A stretch of 64,000 bases of DNA from NCBI GenBank assembly GCA_029258795.1, contig JAPDKB010000007.1, positions 64,001-128,000 of the forward strand. The letters run 5' to 3'. The position numbers and the translations under genes were made by a program. The notes under the pieces were generated by a model. That model had not been told where the DNA came from. It ran no database searches and worked only from the letters and a program-made list of their open reading frames with translations. Shown here one piece after another: positions 19,088 through 29,849 of this stretch (its first letter is position 1; each line of letters opens with the position of its first letter). Source of the DNA: an archaeon. Its GTDB lineage: Archaea; EX4484-52; WAPT01.

Positions 19088-21412
19088 TTACTTCTTGAAA
19101 AGCCTGTGTCTGTGCTTGAGAAGGTCGAGAAATGCCATTCTTTCGTATCTTGCCACCAGATACTTGACGTGCTTCAGCTTATCCCTCTCCACAAAAATGC
19201 AATCCACTCCGTGATCCACCAGCAACCTGATGACATCCACGGATTCAACAGCCCTGCCGCTGATCATCACCTTGAAGCCATTACTGTTGAAGTGGGAAAT
19301 GCCAGCAGACAACATGTTCATGAAACCTTTATGGGAAGAGAGGTGTGTTATTGCATCATACCTCACATTCTGAAAAGCTGATCTGAGCAATGCATCAACA
19401 TCGATCAACACTTGATTTATGCTCGCTTTCTTCAGCAATTCGCCCATGAAAAGGGATGCTGGCCTGTCTATCAGCACAGTTACATTTGTTCTTACCCTCC
19501 CAATATTACTGTTCTTTATGGCTGAAGCAATCGTTTCAAACTCATGCGGCAGCAAGAATGATGGAAGCACCACACCCACGTTTCTGAAACCCTTCATGAT
19601 AACATTGGCCACGCTGTTCAGCTCCGCCATCAGGAAATTTCCCGCATCAACGGGATGCAGCTGAACCCATACAGGAAGAGAGGATTCATCCTTGATTATT
19701 CTGGAAAGCAGGGCACTCAATCTCGATACCAAACCGCCTCCATCCGATGAAATTCCTCCGTTCATGCTTTCTCCACCAAAGCCCATGCCTGCACCAAAAT
19801 GAACGCTTTCTCCATACATTGCACTCTCCATAACTTCTCTGCTCACAAGGAACGCTTCCCCTCCTGGAGCTGATCTAATGGTGAAGTTGGGGTGCGGAAT
19901 CACAACTCCAACCTTCACCGCAGTGATCAAATCTTCCATATGGCTGGTGGAGGGAACGACTTCTGTAACATCAGCATGCGAAATAGCATCAGTCATGGAG
20001 ATTGTGCTGAACTCCTCCCTCTCCCTAAGGAGTTTCACGGAATTCTCTGCAGGGTCTATGATAATTTTTGTTCCTTCCGTAATTTCATCTTCCATTAGAG
20101 CTACGCCTTTCTTCAGGTATGATGCGAAGAGCACGGATCTGGATGTGATATTAGCTGCTTTTGTAACTATTCCGTTCAGTTTGTGTAGAGCTATGACGAA
20201 ACCTCTGGATAAATGAGGTACAAATGCTATGCTCCCGTCCAATTCTTCCCTCTGCACCTCCGCTTCAGAAGACACGTGCACCACGATTCCCTCAGCATTC
20301 CATGGTGTAAGGCAAGCAGCTCTTACTTTCCTTTCCTCTTCCCCACTCGCGTCACTCTCCACAGAGTGCCGTGCAACACTCATTGCGCCTGATTTCAAAA
20401 ACGGCAAAGGTGTTACTGACACCACCTGTGCTTTCTCACGCTGGAACACCACATCCACCAGGCAGGAGTCATCTACCGTGCTGCTGATCCTGTCCAGAAT
20501 CTCGTGCACTTTTTTCAGCTCCTCCTCATCAAGCGCCGCTGATCTCTCCAGCGAGCCGTTGAGCGCTTCCCTCCTTATTTCCGTTCTTATAGGATCGGCA
20601 GCATACAGATACCTTTTTTCCCTTACAACTCTTTCTTCCACCTCACCGCTCTCCTTGGAAATCACGAAAAAATCCGCCACGAATTCATTCTCAAAGATGG
20701 GTACGCTGAATCCATAGCATGCTTCAATAACGAACTTGGAGGTACCCTTGGTGGGGTGGAAGGTAAGGGCTCTGCATGATTTTTCGGCATTTACCATTTC
20801 CTGCACAACCACGCTTATCTTGAAGGGGTTTGCACCCATCTTCTTGAGCATGTAAATGTTCTCCGCCTGAAAAGCATCCATCCATGCCCGCATCACGGCA
20901 TTTTTCAGGGTGTTGAGACCCCTTACGTTAAACACAGGTCTTGAAAATACGAAAGGCGCATCCCCAAATACCAGCTTCACAACTACTTTAGAATCGCCTC
21001 TTGCAGCAGAAACGAGGCTCTTTATCTTCTCGCTAAGCTCATAAACATCATCATGCATGCTCATCCGCTGATACGCTTCCTTCAGCTCTGCTGTCAGCCA
21101 CTCAGGGAACTTTGCGGAGAATATGGTTCGCTGCATCCTTTTCGATATATTGTCCAGAGCCATTACATCTTCTTCATCAAGATTGCGGTAATCATCCTGC
21201 AAACTCTGCCCTATACCCGCTTCCTTTATAAAGCGGTAAAAAGCCGCAGGTGTGATTATGAAGCAGTTGGGAACGTCAACACCCGCTTTTTTGCACTCCA
21301 CCAATTTAACTATCTTCTCTCCCAGAAATTCTCTGTGCTTTTCCTCCACATCTTTCAGCCAGAGTATGCTGCTCATGAATCTCGCCTTGTAAAGAGAGAT
21401 GGAACTCTGCAT
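19088..21412 (-). CDS. PEP synthase (PpsA)-like protein, apparently catalytically degenerate
   Basis: GVDVPNCFIIT, VVVQEMVNAEKS, IEACYG and three-domain length match PpsA, but the phospho-His loop reads TSRSVLFA and the catalytic-Cys motif reads ISGR. Confidence 0.75.
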   Translation of the reverse strand: MQSSISLYKARFMSSILWLKDVEEKHREFLGEKIVKLVECKKAGVDVPNCFIITPAAFYRFIKEAGIGQSLQDDYRNLDEEDVMALDNISKRMQRTIFSAKFPEWLTAELKEAYQRMSMHDDVYELSEKIKSLVSAARGDSKVVVKLVFGDAPFVFSRPVFNVRGLNTLKNAVMRAWMDAFQAENIYMLKKMGANPFKISVVVQEMVNAEKSCRALTFHPTKGTSKFVIEACYGFSVPIFENEFVADFFVISKESGEVEERVVREKRYLYAADPIRTEIRREALNGSLERSAALDEEELKKVHEILDRISSTVDDSCLVDVVFQREKAQVVSVTPLPFLKSGAMSVARHSVESDASGEEERKVRAACLTPWNAEGIVVHVSSEAEVQREELDGSIAFVPHLSRGFVIALHKLNGIVTKAANITSRSVLFASYLKKGVALMEDEITEGTKIIIDPAENSVKLLREREEFSTISMTDAISHADVTEVVPSTSHMEDLITAVKVGVVIPHPNFTIRSAPGGEAFLVSREVMESAMYGESVHFGAGMGFGGESMNGGISSDGGGLVSRLSALLSRIIKDESSLPVWVQLHPVDAGNFLMAELNSVANVIMKGFRNVGVVLPSFLLPHEFETIASAIKNSNIGRVRTNVTVLIDRPASLFMGELLKKASINQVLIDVDALLRSAFQNVRYDAITHLSSHKGFMNMLSAGISHFNSNGFKVMISGRAVESVDVIRLLVDHGVDCIFVERDKLKHVKYLVARYERMAFLDLLKHRHRLFKK

Positions 21413-21456
21413 AATTTATGGTGGGAATTCTATTAAAATTTGGTGGTGGTTTCAGC

Positions 21457-21777
21457 TCAAATCACACTTTCCAATTTCCTCAATCTTTCATAGAACTCTC
21501 TACCCATGTCAGTTAAATGATATTTTTTCTTATCTCCATTTTCTTCACAATACACCAATCCCAAATCAGCAAATCTATTGAGGAATTTTCTCACACCCGA
21601 ATGTTCCAAATATCTTCCGTCCTTCTTCCGTATTTCTGTAATAGTTAAGCCCTCACCGTTCATCCTATAGAGTCGCTCCATAACATACCTTCCTGTATCA
21701 CTCGCCATTAATTTCAACGATTCCATTAATTTTCGGTAACTTTCCTCATCTTTACTCAGCAAGAAATCACCCCCCAT
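21457..21777 (-). CDS. Winged-helix DNA-binding protein
   Basis: GLTITEIR...VRKFLNRFADLGLV...KKYHLTDMGREF. Confidence 0.7.
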   Translation of the reverse strand: MGGDFLLSKDEESYRKLMESLKLMASDTGRYVMERLYRMNGEGLTITEIRKKDGRYLEHSGVRKFLNRFADLGLVYCEENGDKKKYHLTDMGREFYERLRKLESVI

Positions 21778-21786
21778 GCGGCTTTC

Positions 21787-22755
21787 TTATTCCAGATAGA
21801 TATGGCCGAAAACCTTCGTCCAGATCCATGGATCTTCAGTTTCCGCTTCCTCCCTATACCTTATCATGAGATCAAGCTTGGCATCCATCTCATCCGCGAG
21901 ATGTACGGCCATTGCTTCCGGCAATTGAGGAGTTTTGGGCGAGCCGTAGTGGTTCTTGCCGTGATGGCTGAGAATGATGTGCAATACCTTCAGCATGAGG
22001 TTTTCAGGAAAATCGGGCAGGGCTCTTATTTTCTGGAGCACCATATCCTTGCCGAGCACTATGTGGCCGAGAAGCATGCCTTCACGCGATACATCGATGC
22101 TTGTCGTTATCTCAAACTCTTTCACCTTGCCAACATCATGCAGCAATGCCCCCGCCAGCAATAAATCCCTATCCATGTTCGGATGAATGGAATGAATGGC
22201 AGCGCATATCTTCGCCACATTGACCGTGTGCTCCATCAGCCCGCCTATGTAGTTCTGGTGGTAGTGCATGGCAGCAGGCGCTTTTCTGAACTCTTTCATG
22301 AAGTTCTCATCCCTGAAAAAAGCATTGAGAAGCGAGCTTAAATGGCGATTTTTCACCTCGTCCACGAAGCTCAGAAGCTCCCTCTCAAGCTCTTTCATGT
22401 CCTTCGGGCAGATGCCAACAAAATCCTCTATGTCGTATTCATATTTACTCACCCTGCGCAGCAAATCCTTTGAGTCCATGTTTATTTCCATCCTGTCCCT
22501 GTACTGCACCACCGTGCCGGTTATGTGCACAACATCCCCATTTGAGAAGGAGCTGTAAATCCTCATCACCTCCTCCCTGCTTGCTGAACCCCAGTATTTG
22601 GCGGTGATCTCTCCGGTCTTATCGCTCAACCTCATCTCAAAATAGTATCCCGACTCGTATGGCTTCGGAGGTTTTTTGAACTTGACTGCAAAGAAATCAT
22701 TCACCTGCTCCCCATCCTTGAGCTTGTTTACGAACTGGTGCTTTCGCCTCGTCAT
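21787..22755 (-). CDS. OB-fold plus HD-domain protein, YhaM/Cbf1-like 3'-5' exoribonuclease
   Basis: LSDKTGEITAKYW OB fold; PAAMHYHQ..GGLMEH, LLHDVGK, ILSHHG, HLADEMDA. Confidence 0.88.
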   Translation of the reverse strand: MTRRKHQFVNKLKDGEQVNDFFAVKFKKPPKPYESGYYFEMRLSDKTGEITAKYWGSASREEVMRIYSSFSNGDVVHITGTVVQYRDRMEINMDSKDLLRRVSKYEYDIEDFVGICPKDMKELERELLSFVDEVKNRHLSSLLNAFFRDENFMKEFRKAPAAMHYHQNYIGGLMEHTVNVAKICAAIHSIHPNMDRDLLLAGALLHDVGKVKEFEITTSIDVSREGMLLGHIVLGKDMVLQKIRALPDFPENLMLKVLHIILSHHGKNHYGSPKTPQLPEAMAVHLADEMDAKLDLMIRYREEAETEDPWIWTKVFGHIYLE

Positions 22756-22813
22756 CCTGTCATGAATTTACGGTGGGAAAACTTAAAAAAGTCATGAAGC
22801 AGAGAAGAATGTC

Positions 22814-23197
22814 ATGCATCCGTACTTTGGCATGATTCACGGAATGGCGATGCTGTCAGCCAATTATATTGTTATGGAGCTTGTTATTGCAATAATTCAG
22901 GTTTTTGCGATTTATATTGCCTGCAAACTTCTGGACATAGATACCTCTTTTGGTTCCGTCATCGTTTTTGTGATAATGGTGTCATTGGTTAAAGGGCTCG
23001 CTCAGTTTGTTTTCGGCGCACTCGGCAGTATTGGAGGTCTTTTCCTTGAGCTGTTCATAGCAAAGCATTACTTTGACATTTCGTGGTTTAAAGCGTTTGC
23101 TCTGTTTCTTGTGAGCGTGATGGTTGTGTTTGTGCTGAGCATGCTAGGTATAGCTGCGGTCATTGCCGCGAGCATCATTTCCTCTTTATCGGTTTGA
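22814..23197 (+). CDS. Small multi-pass membrane protein
   Basis: 127 aa with about four hydrophobic helices. Confidence 0.65.
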   Translation: MHPYFGMIHGMAMLSANYIVMELVIAIIQVFAIYIACKLLDIDTSFGSVIVFVIMVSLVKGLAQFVFGALGSIGGLFLELFIAKHYFDISWFKAFALFLVSVMVVFVLSMLGIAAVIAASIISSLSV

Positions 23198-23206
23198 CGG
23201 TGGTGT

Positions 23207-23911
23207 GTGGTGGAACAGAAAGGAAAGGACGGGGATATCATCCTTGGAATAGATGAAGCCGGCCGTGGCCCTCTGCTCGGGCCGATGATCATAGCAGGAG
23301 TGGAAATTGAAAGGAAGGATGAAGATAAACTGGTGGAGCTGGGTGTGAAGGACTCGAAGCTGCTCTCTCACACTTCACGGCTCAGATGCTATGCCGAGAT
23401 CATGAAGATAGCGAAGGCCGTGCATGTCATCAAAATCCAGCCGAAGGAGCTGGACGAGAAGATGGCATTCATGTCCATCAACAGGGTGGAGATGCAGGCC
23501 ATGGCAAAGATAATCAACAGCTCGAAAGCAGGCGTTGTCTATATCGATCTGCCGTCCAACGGCAAGAATTTTGTGCCGGCGCTAAGAGCAAGGCTGAAGA
23601 GGGATGTTGAAATTGTGGCTGAGCATAAAGCCGATGCGAAGTATCCTGTAGTGAGCGCTGCTTCCATCGTTGCGAAGTGCGTGAGAGAAGAGGAGATGGA
23701 CAAGATAAGGAACAAGTACAAGCAGTACGGAGATATCGGATCCGGCTATCCTGCAGATGAAAGAACGATGCGCTTCGTGGAGGAGTATTACAGGAGAGAG
23801 GGTAAGTTTCCGGAAGAAGCAAGAATGAGCTGGTCAACCACAAAGGACATCAAGAATAAGCATGCTCAAAAAACTCTATTCGATGCACGCTCTGATGAAT
23901 CCAAGGAATAA
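23207..23911 (+). CDS. rnhB: Ribonuclease HII
   Basis: GIDEAGRGPLLGP, VKDSK, EHKAD..YPVVSAASIVAK, GSGYPAD; PIP-box-like QKTLFD. Confidence 0.96.
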   Translation: MVEQKGKDGDIILGIDEAGRGPLLGPMIIAGVEIERKDEDKLVELGVKDSKLLSHTSRLRCYAEIMKIAKAVHVIKIQPKELDEKMAFMSINRVEMQAMAKIINSSKAGVVYIDLPSNGKNFVPALRARLKRDVEIVAEHKADAKYPVVSAASIVAKCVREEEMDKIRNKYKQYGDIGSGYPADERTMRFVEEYYRREGKFPEEARMSWSTTKDIKNKHAQKTLFDARSDESKE

Positions 23912-25546
23912 TGGGTGTGGGTTTAGCGGGCGGCTCTTGAATTCCGGATGTGCCTGCGTTGCCACAAAGAATTTGTGGTTAGGGAGCTCGAGAAACTCCA
24001 TGAGTATGCCATCCGGACTCTTGCCAGAGAACACGAGGCCGTGCTTCTCCAGCACCTCCACATATTTCGGGTTGACCTCATATCTATGGCGGTGTCTTTC
24101 GGAAACTTCCTTTTTTCCGTAGAGCTTGTGCACAAGCGTGCCTTCTTTAAGCACGGCTGGCCACGCTCCCAATCGCATGGTTGCGCCGTACATCTTTTTC
24201 TCTATGAGCTCCTTCTGCTCCGGAATGATGTCCACCACCGGATGTGGTGTGTCCGGATCAACTTCTGTTGTGTGTGCTCCCTCAAGCTTGCACACGTTTC
24301 TTGCAAATTCAACCACAGCCAGCTGCATTCCGAAACATAAGCCAAGGAAAGGTACGTTGTTCTCCCTGCAGTACCTTATGGCCTCTATCTTGCCCCCCAC
24401 ACCGGTTGTGCCAAAGCCCCCGGGCACGATGATACCATCAAATCCCTTCAGCAGGGCTGCCGCTCCCCTCTTCTCAATTTCGGTGGAGGACACCTGCTTT
24501 ATCTCCGGTTTGAGCTCGAGATGATAAGCGGCATGTTTTATCGCTTCCATTACGGATATGTAAACGTCCTTGTGCTCAGCGCTTCCGTAAGCGACGTATT
24601 TGCCCACTATACCCACCCTTACGGGCTTTTTTGCCCTGTCTATCTTTGCCACGAACTCGCGCCACGGTTGCATCTCGTCCTTTCTCTTCTCCAGCCCGAG
24701 TTTTTTCAGAATCTTGGTTATGAGATTCTGCTCCTCGAACAACAACGGCAGCCTGTAGATGGAATCCAGATCGGGATCATCTATTATGTGGTCCTTCGGT
24801 ATGAAGCAGCTTCTGGCTATTTTTTCCCTTCTCGGCTCATCCAGTCCTGTTTCGGAGCGCACCACCACGAAATCCGGAAAGATGCCCGTCTCTCTGAGCT
24901 TTGCTATCGCATGCTGAGTGGGCTTGGTTTTCAACTCGCCCACATTCTTCAAGAGTGGTGCATAGGTAACCATGACCGCCACGGAAGGGTACTCGTTCAT
25001 CAAGCTCCTTATGGCAAAGAGAAACACGAGGTTCTCTATGTCTCCCGTCGTGCCGCCAACCTCAACTATGGAAACATCATAACCCTGTGAAGCTTCCAGA
25101 ATCCTTCTCTTTGCTTCATTCATCACATCCGGGATGATCTGCACGTCTCTGCCCCCATATTCAAGTGCACGCTCCCTCTTTATCACCTCAAGATAAACCT
25201 GCCCTGTCGTTATGTTGTTTTTCTTCGGAAGGTTCATGTTGAGAAATCTCTCATATGTGCCCAAGTCCTGATCTATCTCGCCACCATCATCGGTGACAAA
25301 AACCTCTCCATGCTCCGTCGGTCTCATCGTGCCCGCATCTATGTTCACATACGGATCTATCTTGATGGCAGTGACTTTGTAACCGTATGCCTGAATCACC
25401 TTGGCTATGGAAGCTGTCACCACACCCTTACCCAGTCCGGAGAGCACACCCCCTATTACAAAAACAAAGCGTGGCCACTCTTTCGTACTCATTTCCTGCG
25501 CACCGTTGTTCCTCTTTCCCGGTGATGAAACACCTGAAGAATTCAT
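23876..25546 (-). CDS. pyrG: CTP synthase (start likely at MSTKE, ~25492)
   Basis: GGVLSGLGKG, KIDPYVNIDAGTM, KTKPTQH, GLCFGMQ, ERHRHRYE, QAHPE. Confidence 0.97.
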   Translation of the reverse strand: MNSSGVSSPGKRNNGAQEMSTKEWPRFVFVIGGVLSGLGKGVVTASIAKVIQAYGYKVTAIKIDPYVNIDAGTMRPTEHGEVFVTDDGGEIDQDLGTYERFLNMNLPKKNNITTGQVYLEVIKRERALEYGGRDVQIIPDVMNEAKRRILEASQGYDVSIVEVGGTTGDIENLVFLFAIRSLMNEYPSVAVMVTYAPLLKNVGELKTKPTQHAIAKLRETGIFPDFVVVRSETGLDEPRREKIARSCFIPKDHIIDDPDLDSIYRLPLLFEEQNLITKILKKLGLEKRKDEMQPWREFVAKIDRAKKPVRVGIVGKYVAYGSAEHKDVYISVMEAIKHAAYHLELKPEIKQVSSTEIEKRGAAALLKGFDGIIVPGGFGTTGVGGKIEAIRYCRENNVPFLGLCFGMQLAVVEFARNVCKLEGAHTTEVDPDTPHPVVDIIPEQKELIEKKMYGATMRLGAWPAVLKEGTLVHKLYGKKEVSERHRHRYEVNPKYVEVLEKHGLVFSGKSPDGILMEFLELPNHKFFVATQAHPEFKSRPLNPHPLFLGFIRACIE

Positions 25547-25585
25547 ACGTTATGTAAGAGACCGTTAAATTTAATAAGATGTTCA

Positions 25586-26701
25586 TTATCTCTCCCGCTC
25601 CCCTCTTATAAACTCTTCAAGCATCTCCCTTGCTTTGAAATCCGGAATTTGCACGGGAGGGTGCTTCATAAAATAAGCTGAAGCCGCAATCAGCGCTCCA
25701 CCCACACCTCTATCCATTGCAAGCTTCGCACATCTCACGGCATCGATCATCACACCGGCGGAATTCGGACTATCTTCCACGCTGAGCCGAAGCTCGATCT
25801 CGACGGGCACGTCTCCGAATTTCCTCCCCTCAATCCTTATGTAGCATACCTTGTTGTCCTTCAGCCACGGAACGTAATCACTCGGCCCGATGTGAATGTT
25901 CTCATCCGCAAGCTTCTCCTTGTTCATGCTCCTCACCGCTTCCGTTTTGCTTATCTTCTTGCTCTTCAGCCTGCTCCTTTCCAGCATGTTCAGAAAGTCC
26001 GTGTTTCCTCCGAAGTTGAGCTGGTATGTCCTGTCTATTTTCACCCCACGCTCAGCAAGCAACCTAACGAGCGTTCTGTGGACTATGGTGGCTCCCACCT
26101 GCGATTTGATGTCATCGCCTATGGCCGGGATGCCCGCTTCTCTGAAACGGGATTCCCATCTTTCATCCGAGACGATGAACTCCGGAATAGCATTTATGAA
26201 CGCTGTGCCCGATTTCAGACAGGCTTCCGCATAGTATCTTGTGGCATGATAGCTTCCGACGGGCATGTAAGAAATGAGCACATCAGCATTTTTCTCCTCG
26301 AGCACTTTTGCAACATCAACTTCTTCCTCCTTGCTTATCGTGAAAGTTCTGTCCTCGGGCCATTCTCTCATGTGGGATGAGAAGCCATCAAGCACGGGAG
26401 CTTTCTCAACCACCACTCCTATTTCAGGAATATCCTTGCAAAACACGGTTGTGCAGTTTGGTTTTGCAAAGATCGCCTCGCCTAAATCCTTGCCCACCTT
26501 TCTGGCATCTATGTCAAAAGCCGCAACCACCTCTATATCCCTGATCCGATAACCTCCGAGCACGTTATGCATTAATCCCGGCACAAGCTCGTCATTCTTG
26601 TCAACATGCCTGTAATAGTAAAGTCCCTGCACAAGTGCGGATGCACAGTTACCCACACCTGCTATAGCAAGCCTTATCCTGCTCATCTTGCTCACCTCCA
26701 C
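25586..26701 (-). CDS. ino1: myo-Inositol-1-phosphate synthase
   Basis: [45 protein letters not shown]. Confidence 0.96.
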   Translation of the reverse strand: MEVSKMSRIRLAIAGVGNCASALVQGLYYYRHVDKNDELVPGLMHNVLGGYRIRDIEVVAAFDIDARKVGKDLGEAIFAKPNCTTVFCKDIPEIGVVVEKAPVLDGFSSHMREWPEDRTFTISKEEEVDVAKVLEEKNADVLISYMPVGSYHATRYYAEACLKSGTAFINAIPEFIVSDERWESRFREAGIPAIGDDIKSQVGATIVHRTLVRLLAERGVKIDRTYQLNFGGNTDFLNMLERSRLKSKKISKTEAVRSMNKEKLADENIHIGPSDYVPWLKDNKVCYIRIEGRKFGDVPVEIELRLSVEDSPNSAGVMIDAVRCAKLAMDRGVGGALIAASAYFMKHPPVQIPDFKAREMLEEFIRGERER

Positions 26702-26784
26702 GATTTTTACAGTATCGTAAAAATTAATTTTACAATACCATAAAATTCTGATGTTTATAAAGTTTACGATATTGTAAATATTTC

Positions 26785-27129
26785 ATGCAGAAGCCGAGCG
26801 AGAGGTTGAAAAGAAAGGTGGAGAAGGAGAATCTATGGCTGTTCATTCTGACTTTGCTTAGAGATAACGGCAAGCTCACTGGTGCGGAGATCAGGAAATT
26901 GTTGCTCGAGAAAATGAAAGTGAGGGTTGGAACGGTCACTTCCTACAAGGTGCTCTACCTTCTGGAGAGAGGAGGATACGTGAAGCGAGAGAAAGAGGGC
27001 AGGAGGAAGCTGTATTCTATAGCTGAAGCAGGGATGGAGGAACTCATGAAAGCTGAAGAATTGTTGCAAAACTATGTGAAGCTTCTCCGGAAGCATGCCA
27101 GGGGCAAGAGAAAAGTCAGGATAGGCTAA
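26785..27129 (+). CDS. PadR-family transcriptional regulator, divergent from ino1
   Basis: ENLWLFILTLL, YKVLYLLERGGYV, RKLYSIAEAG. Confidence 0.85.
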   Translation: MQKPSERLKRKVEKENLWLFILTLLRDNGKLTGAEIRKLLLEKMKVRVGTVTSYKVLYLLERGGYVKREKEGRRKLYSIAEAGMEELMKAEELLQNYVKLLRKHARGKRKVRIG

Positions 27130-27186
27130 TCTTTCACCATTTTCCTCGAGCTTCCATATTTAAATTTTGTTAACAAAGCATCTTTC

Positions 27187-27540
27187 ATGCCGTTTCTTGG
27201 GGAGAGCGCAAAGGAGAAAAAGATAGCCGATGTGAACGAAGAAGACTTCATCGTGTGGATAGAGGGAATGGTTATCTCCAAGGGAGAAGGAAAGATGGTT
27301 GTGGATGATGGCTCCGCCACCGTAGAGGTCTATGCTACTCCCGCCTACATGGATGATGTGAAAGAGAATGACTATGTGCGCGTTATAGGCAGGGTTTTTC
27401 CAACGCCTTCTGGCATTGAAATTCATGCTGACATCATAAGAAAGCTTGAGATCAAGGACCTCAAAACGTACATGAAAGCGAGGGAACTATGGCTGAAATT
27501 CAACACGAAAGTGGATGAGATGATCAAAAATCTGTTTTAA
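27187..27540 (+). CDS. Single-OB-fold replication protein A small subunit (RPA14-like)
   Basis: KKIADV, VVDDGSAT, VRVIGRV, IHADII; lies next to PCNA. Confidence 0.75.
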   Translation: MPFLGESAKEKKIADVNEEDFIVWIEGMVISKGEGKMVVDDGSATVEVYATPAYMDDVKENDYVRVIGRVFPTPSGIEIHADIIRKLEIKDLKTYMKARELWLKFNTKVDEMIKNLF

Positions 27541-27608
27541 AATGCTCAAAGTTCTTGCAGCAGCAACCTATAAAAATTTTAGAATTTTAGGATTTAGTTA
27601 CCGGACGT

Positions 27609-28391
27609 GTGAAAGTTTTTCATGATGAGGTGATGAATGTGGCGTTCAAAGCTGTGTTTCTGGATGCTACCCTCTTTAGGGATGCTGTCCGCGCAATAAA
27701 CGACCTCATTGCCGAGGGCATCTTCCGCTTCACCAGTGACGGGTTGAAATTTGTGGCTACTGACCCAACCATGGTGGCGATGGTGGACTTGTACATCAGC
27801 AAGGATGCGTTTGAAGAGCTGAACGTGGAGGGTGAGGAGGAGCAGATTCCGGTAAATCTGGACAACCTGCTCGCTGTGCTCAAGAGAGCCAAAAAAGCCG
27901 ACAGATTGATCCTGGAGAAGGAGCAGGAGAACAGACTTGCTGTTGTGCTGGAAAGCAGTGTTAAGAGGAAGTTCGTCATCCCGCTGATCGACATGGAGGA
28001 GCAGAAGGTTCCGGAGCTCAATCTGCAGTTCCTCGGCACGGCTGAAGTTCTCAGGCAGGTGGTGGAGGAGGGCATAACCGATGCTGCTGTTGTGAGCGAC
28101 ACCATCATGTTCTCCATGGATCAGGACAAGTTCGTGATGACTGGAGAGGGCGATTTATCCAAAGCTGAGGTGGTTGTGGAGAAGGGATCCGAAGCGCTAA
28201 TCTCGCTTGATGTGAAGGAGCCCGCAAAATCCAAGTTCTCTCTGGATTACCTGAAGAAAATGATAAAGGGAATGAAGCTCGGAGATCTGGTAAAGATAAG
28301 TTTGGGCAACGACTTCCCGATGGAGATGGAGATAAAGGCGGGAGAACTCGCAAAGCTGAAGTACGTGCTTGCTCCACGCGTGGAGGGCTGA
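27609..28391 (+). CDS. pcn: DNA polymerase sliding clamp PCNA
   Basis: ATDPTMVAMVDL, SKFSLDYLKKM, KYVLAPRVE. Confidence 0.96.
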   Translation: MKVFHDEVMNVAFKAVFLDATLFRDAVRAINDLIAEGIFRFTSDGLKFVATDPTMVAMVDLYISKDAFEELNVEGEEEQIPVNLDNLLAVLKRAKKADRLILEKEQENRLAVVLESSVKRKFVIPLIDMEEQKVPELNLQFLGTAEVLRQVVEEGITDAAVVSDTIMFSMDQDKFVMTGEGDLSKAEVVVEKGSEALISLDVKEPAKSKFSLDYLKKMIKGMKLGDLVKISLGNDFPMEMEIKAGELAKLKYVLAPRVEG

Positions 28392-28457
28392 GGGTAAATG
28401 TACTAGATTTGCCTTCCTTCTCACTATTTTGTTTTTCACCTTCACACTGCGCAGAGC

Positions 28458-29816
28458 TCATTTGAGCAGATACTTGAGAATGGGCGGAAGTACAAGGTTA
28501 AGAATGAGAAGAACAAGCGTCATCATCTCGATAACCCTAAACGCTCTCTTTCTTCTCTTATTCTCCATGAGTTCGTACAGCATCAGTCCGCCATCGAGCG
28601 GCCTTATAGGAAGGAGGTTGGCCACGCCGATTCCGAGGTTTAGCATGGCAAGAAAGTTCAGCAGGGTTATCAAGCTGAGCAGGATGTACGGAATCCTCTC
28701 TCCAATAACTTCCCTTACTTCCTGCTTCACCGTTATGTTCGTTTTTATGCCCGCAATGCCTATGAAAGCCATGCTCCTGTTTTCGGGGTGTGGTGAGAGC
28801 TTGACCGTGTAATTGCAGTGGTTTACGGTCAGCACGACCGTGTCGTTCGGCTCGAACTTTGACAGAACTTCCTTGAGATCACTTATGGTGTTTATGGGCG
28901 TGCCGTTTATAGCTGTCAGCGTTCCACCGGGCGGGATGACGGAATGTGCATAGGTTCCGTTGATGGTGGATGTGTAGATTATTCCGGCCGGCTGGAATAT
29001 CAAACCCGCAACGTAAGTGAGTAACGTCATGATCAGCGCAAATATCACGGCAAATGTGAAGTTGCTCATGGATCCAGCGCCATAAACCGCGAGCTTCTTT
29101 CGTTTTTGAGCTTTCTTCAGCTGCTCCTCGTCTGGCTCTGCAAATCCCAGCGGGATTATGGCGAGGAATCCGTAGCCGATGGACTTGACCCTTATTCCGT
29201 GAGCCCTTGCCACCAGAGCGTGAGCGAACTCGTGCACCACCACGATGACAAGGATGGCCGTGATCCAGTAGGGAAGCGGGACGTAAAAGATCGGGGCTTT
29301 GGTTGTCTTGATGGGCAGCACCAGCTGTACAGAAGGTGCTGCACTTAGCGGTTTCAGGAGTGCGGATATCAGATTAATTAGCAGGTAGGTGGGAGCAATA
29401 GTCACCACACCTCCGAAGAAAAAGAGCGGTATGTAAGCGTATCGATAAACCTGCACACCCGCATGATAAAAGAGTAAAGCAAGGAAAAACGATATTATGG
29501 CGCCAATGAGGGCAAGTATCTTCATTCTCCTCCCGTCCTTAATCACCACCCTGCTTCCAAGCAGACCGAGAGAAATGAAGATCGAAAGATCACCGAAGAA
29601 CTGAAACAGGTTCTTATGCTTCTCCGCCTGTTGCTCTATAAAACGAAGTCCTCTCTTCGTCCTTCTCAGCAACATGATTCCTTCCTTCTCGAAGTTCCTT
29701 CTGTCAATGGTGTAGATCAGCAGGGTTAGAAGGGCTAGTACAGCGATGGATATAATGTTTTCCCTTCCGATCTTTTCCATCAGAAGGTGAGCAATGCGTG
29801 CCACGTTTAACATCAT
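28458..29816 (-). CDS. Site-2 (M50) intramembrane metalloprotease with PDZ-like insert
   Basis: HEFAH, GFAEPDE, NLLPIRPLDGG; multiple TM helices. Confidence 0.92.
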   Translation of the reverse strand: MMLNVARIAHLLMEKIGRENIISIAVLALLTLLIYTIDRRNFEKEGIMLLRRTKRGLRFIEQQAEKHKNLFQFFGDLSIFISLGLLGSRVVIKDGRRMKILALIGAIISFFLALLFYHAGVQVYRYAYIPLFFFGGVVTIAPTYLLINLISALLKPLSAAPSVQLVLPIKTTKAPIFYVPLPYWITAILVIVVVHEFAHALVARAHGIRVKSIGYGFLAIIPLGFAEPDEEQLKKAQKRKKLAVYGAGSMSNFTFAVIFALIMTLLTYVAGLIFQPAGIIYTSTINGTYAHSVIPPGGTLTAINGTPINTISDLKEVLSKFEPNDTVVLTVNHCNYTVKLSPHPENRSMAFIGIAGIKTNITVKQEVREVIGERIPYILLSLITLLNFLAMLNLGIGVANLLPIRPLDGGLMLYELMENKRRKRAFRVIEMMTLVLLILNLVLPPILKYLLK

Positions 29817-29849
29817 TCGAAATTATCCATCCACACTCTTTTATATGTG

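Noticed and set aside
18914-19381. 155-aa plus-strand ORF
   Set aside because: It overlaps tRNA-Pro and the antisense strand of the PpsA-like gene, and has no protein motifs.
27562-27580. 19-bp identity AGCAACCTATAAAAATTTT shared by the pcn and hsdM (37841) promoters
   Set aside because: It is explicable as a low-complexity BRE/TATA consensus, with no further similarity around it.
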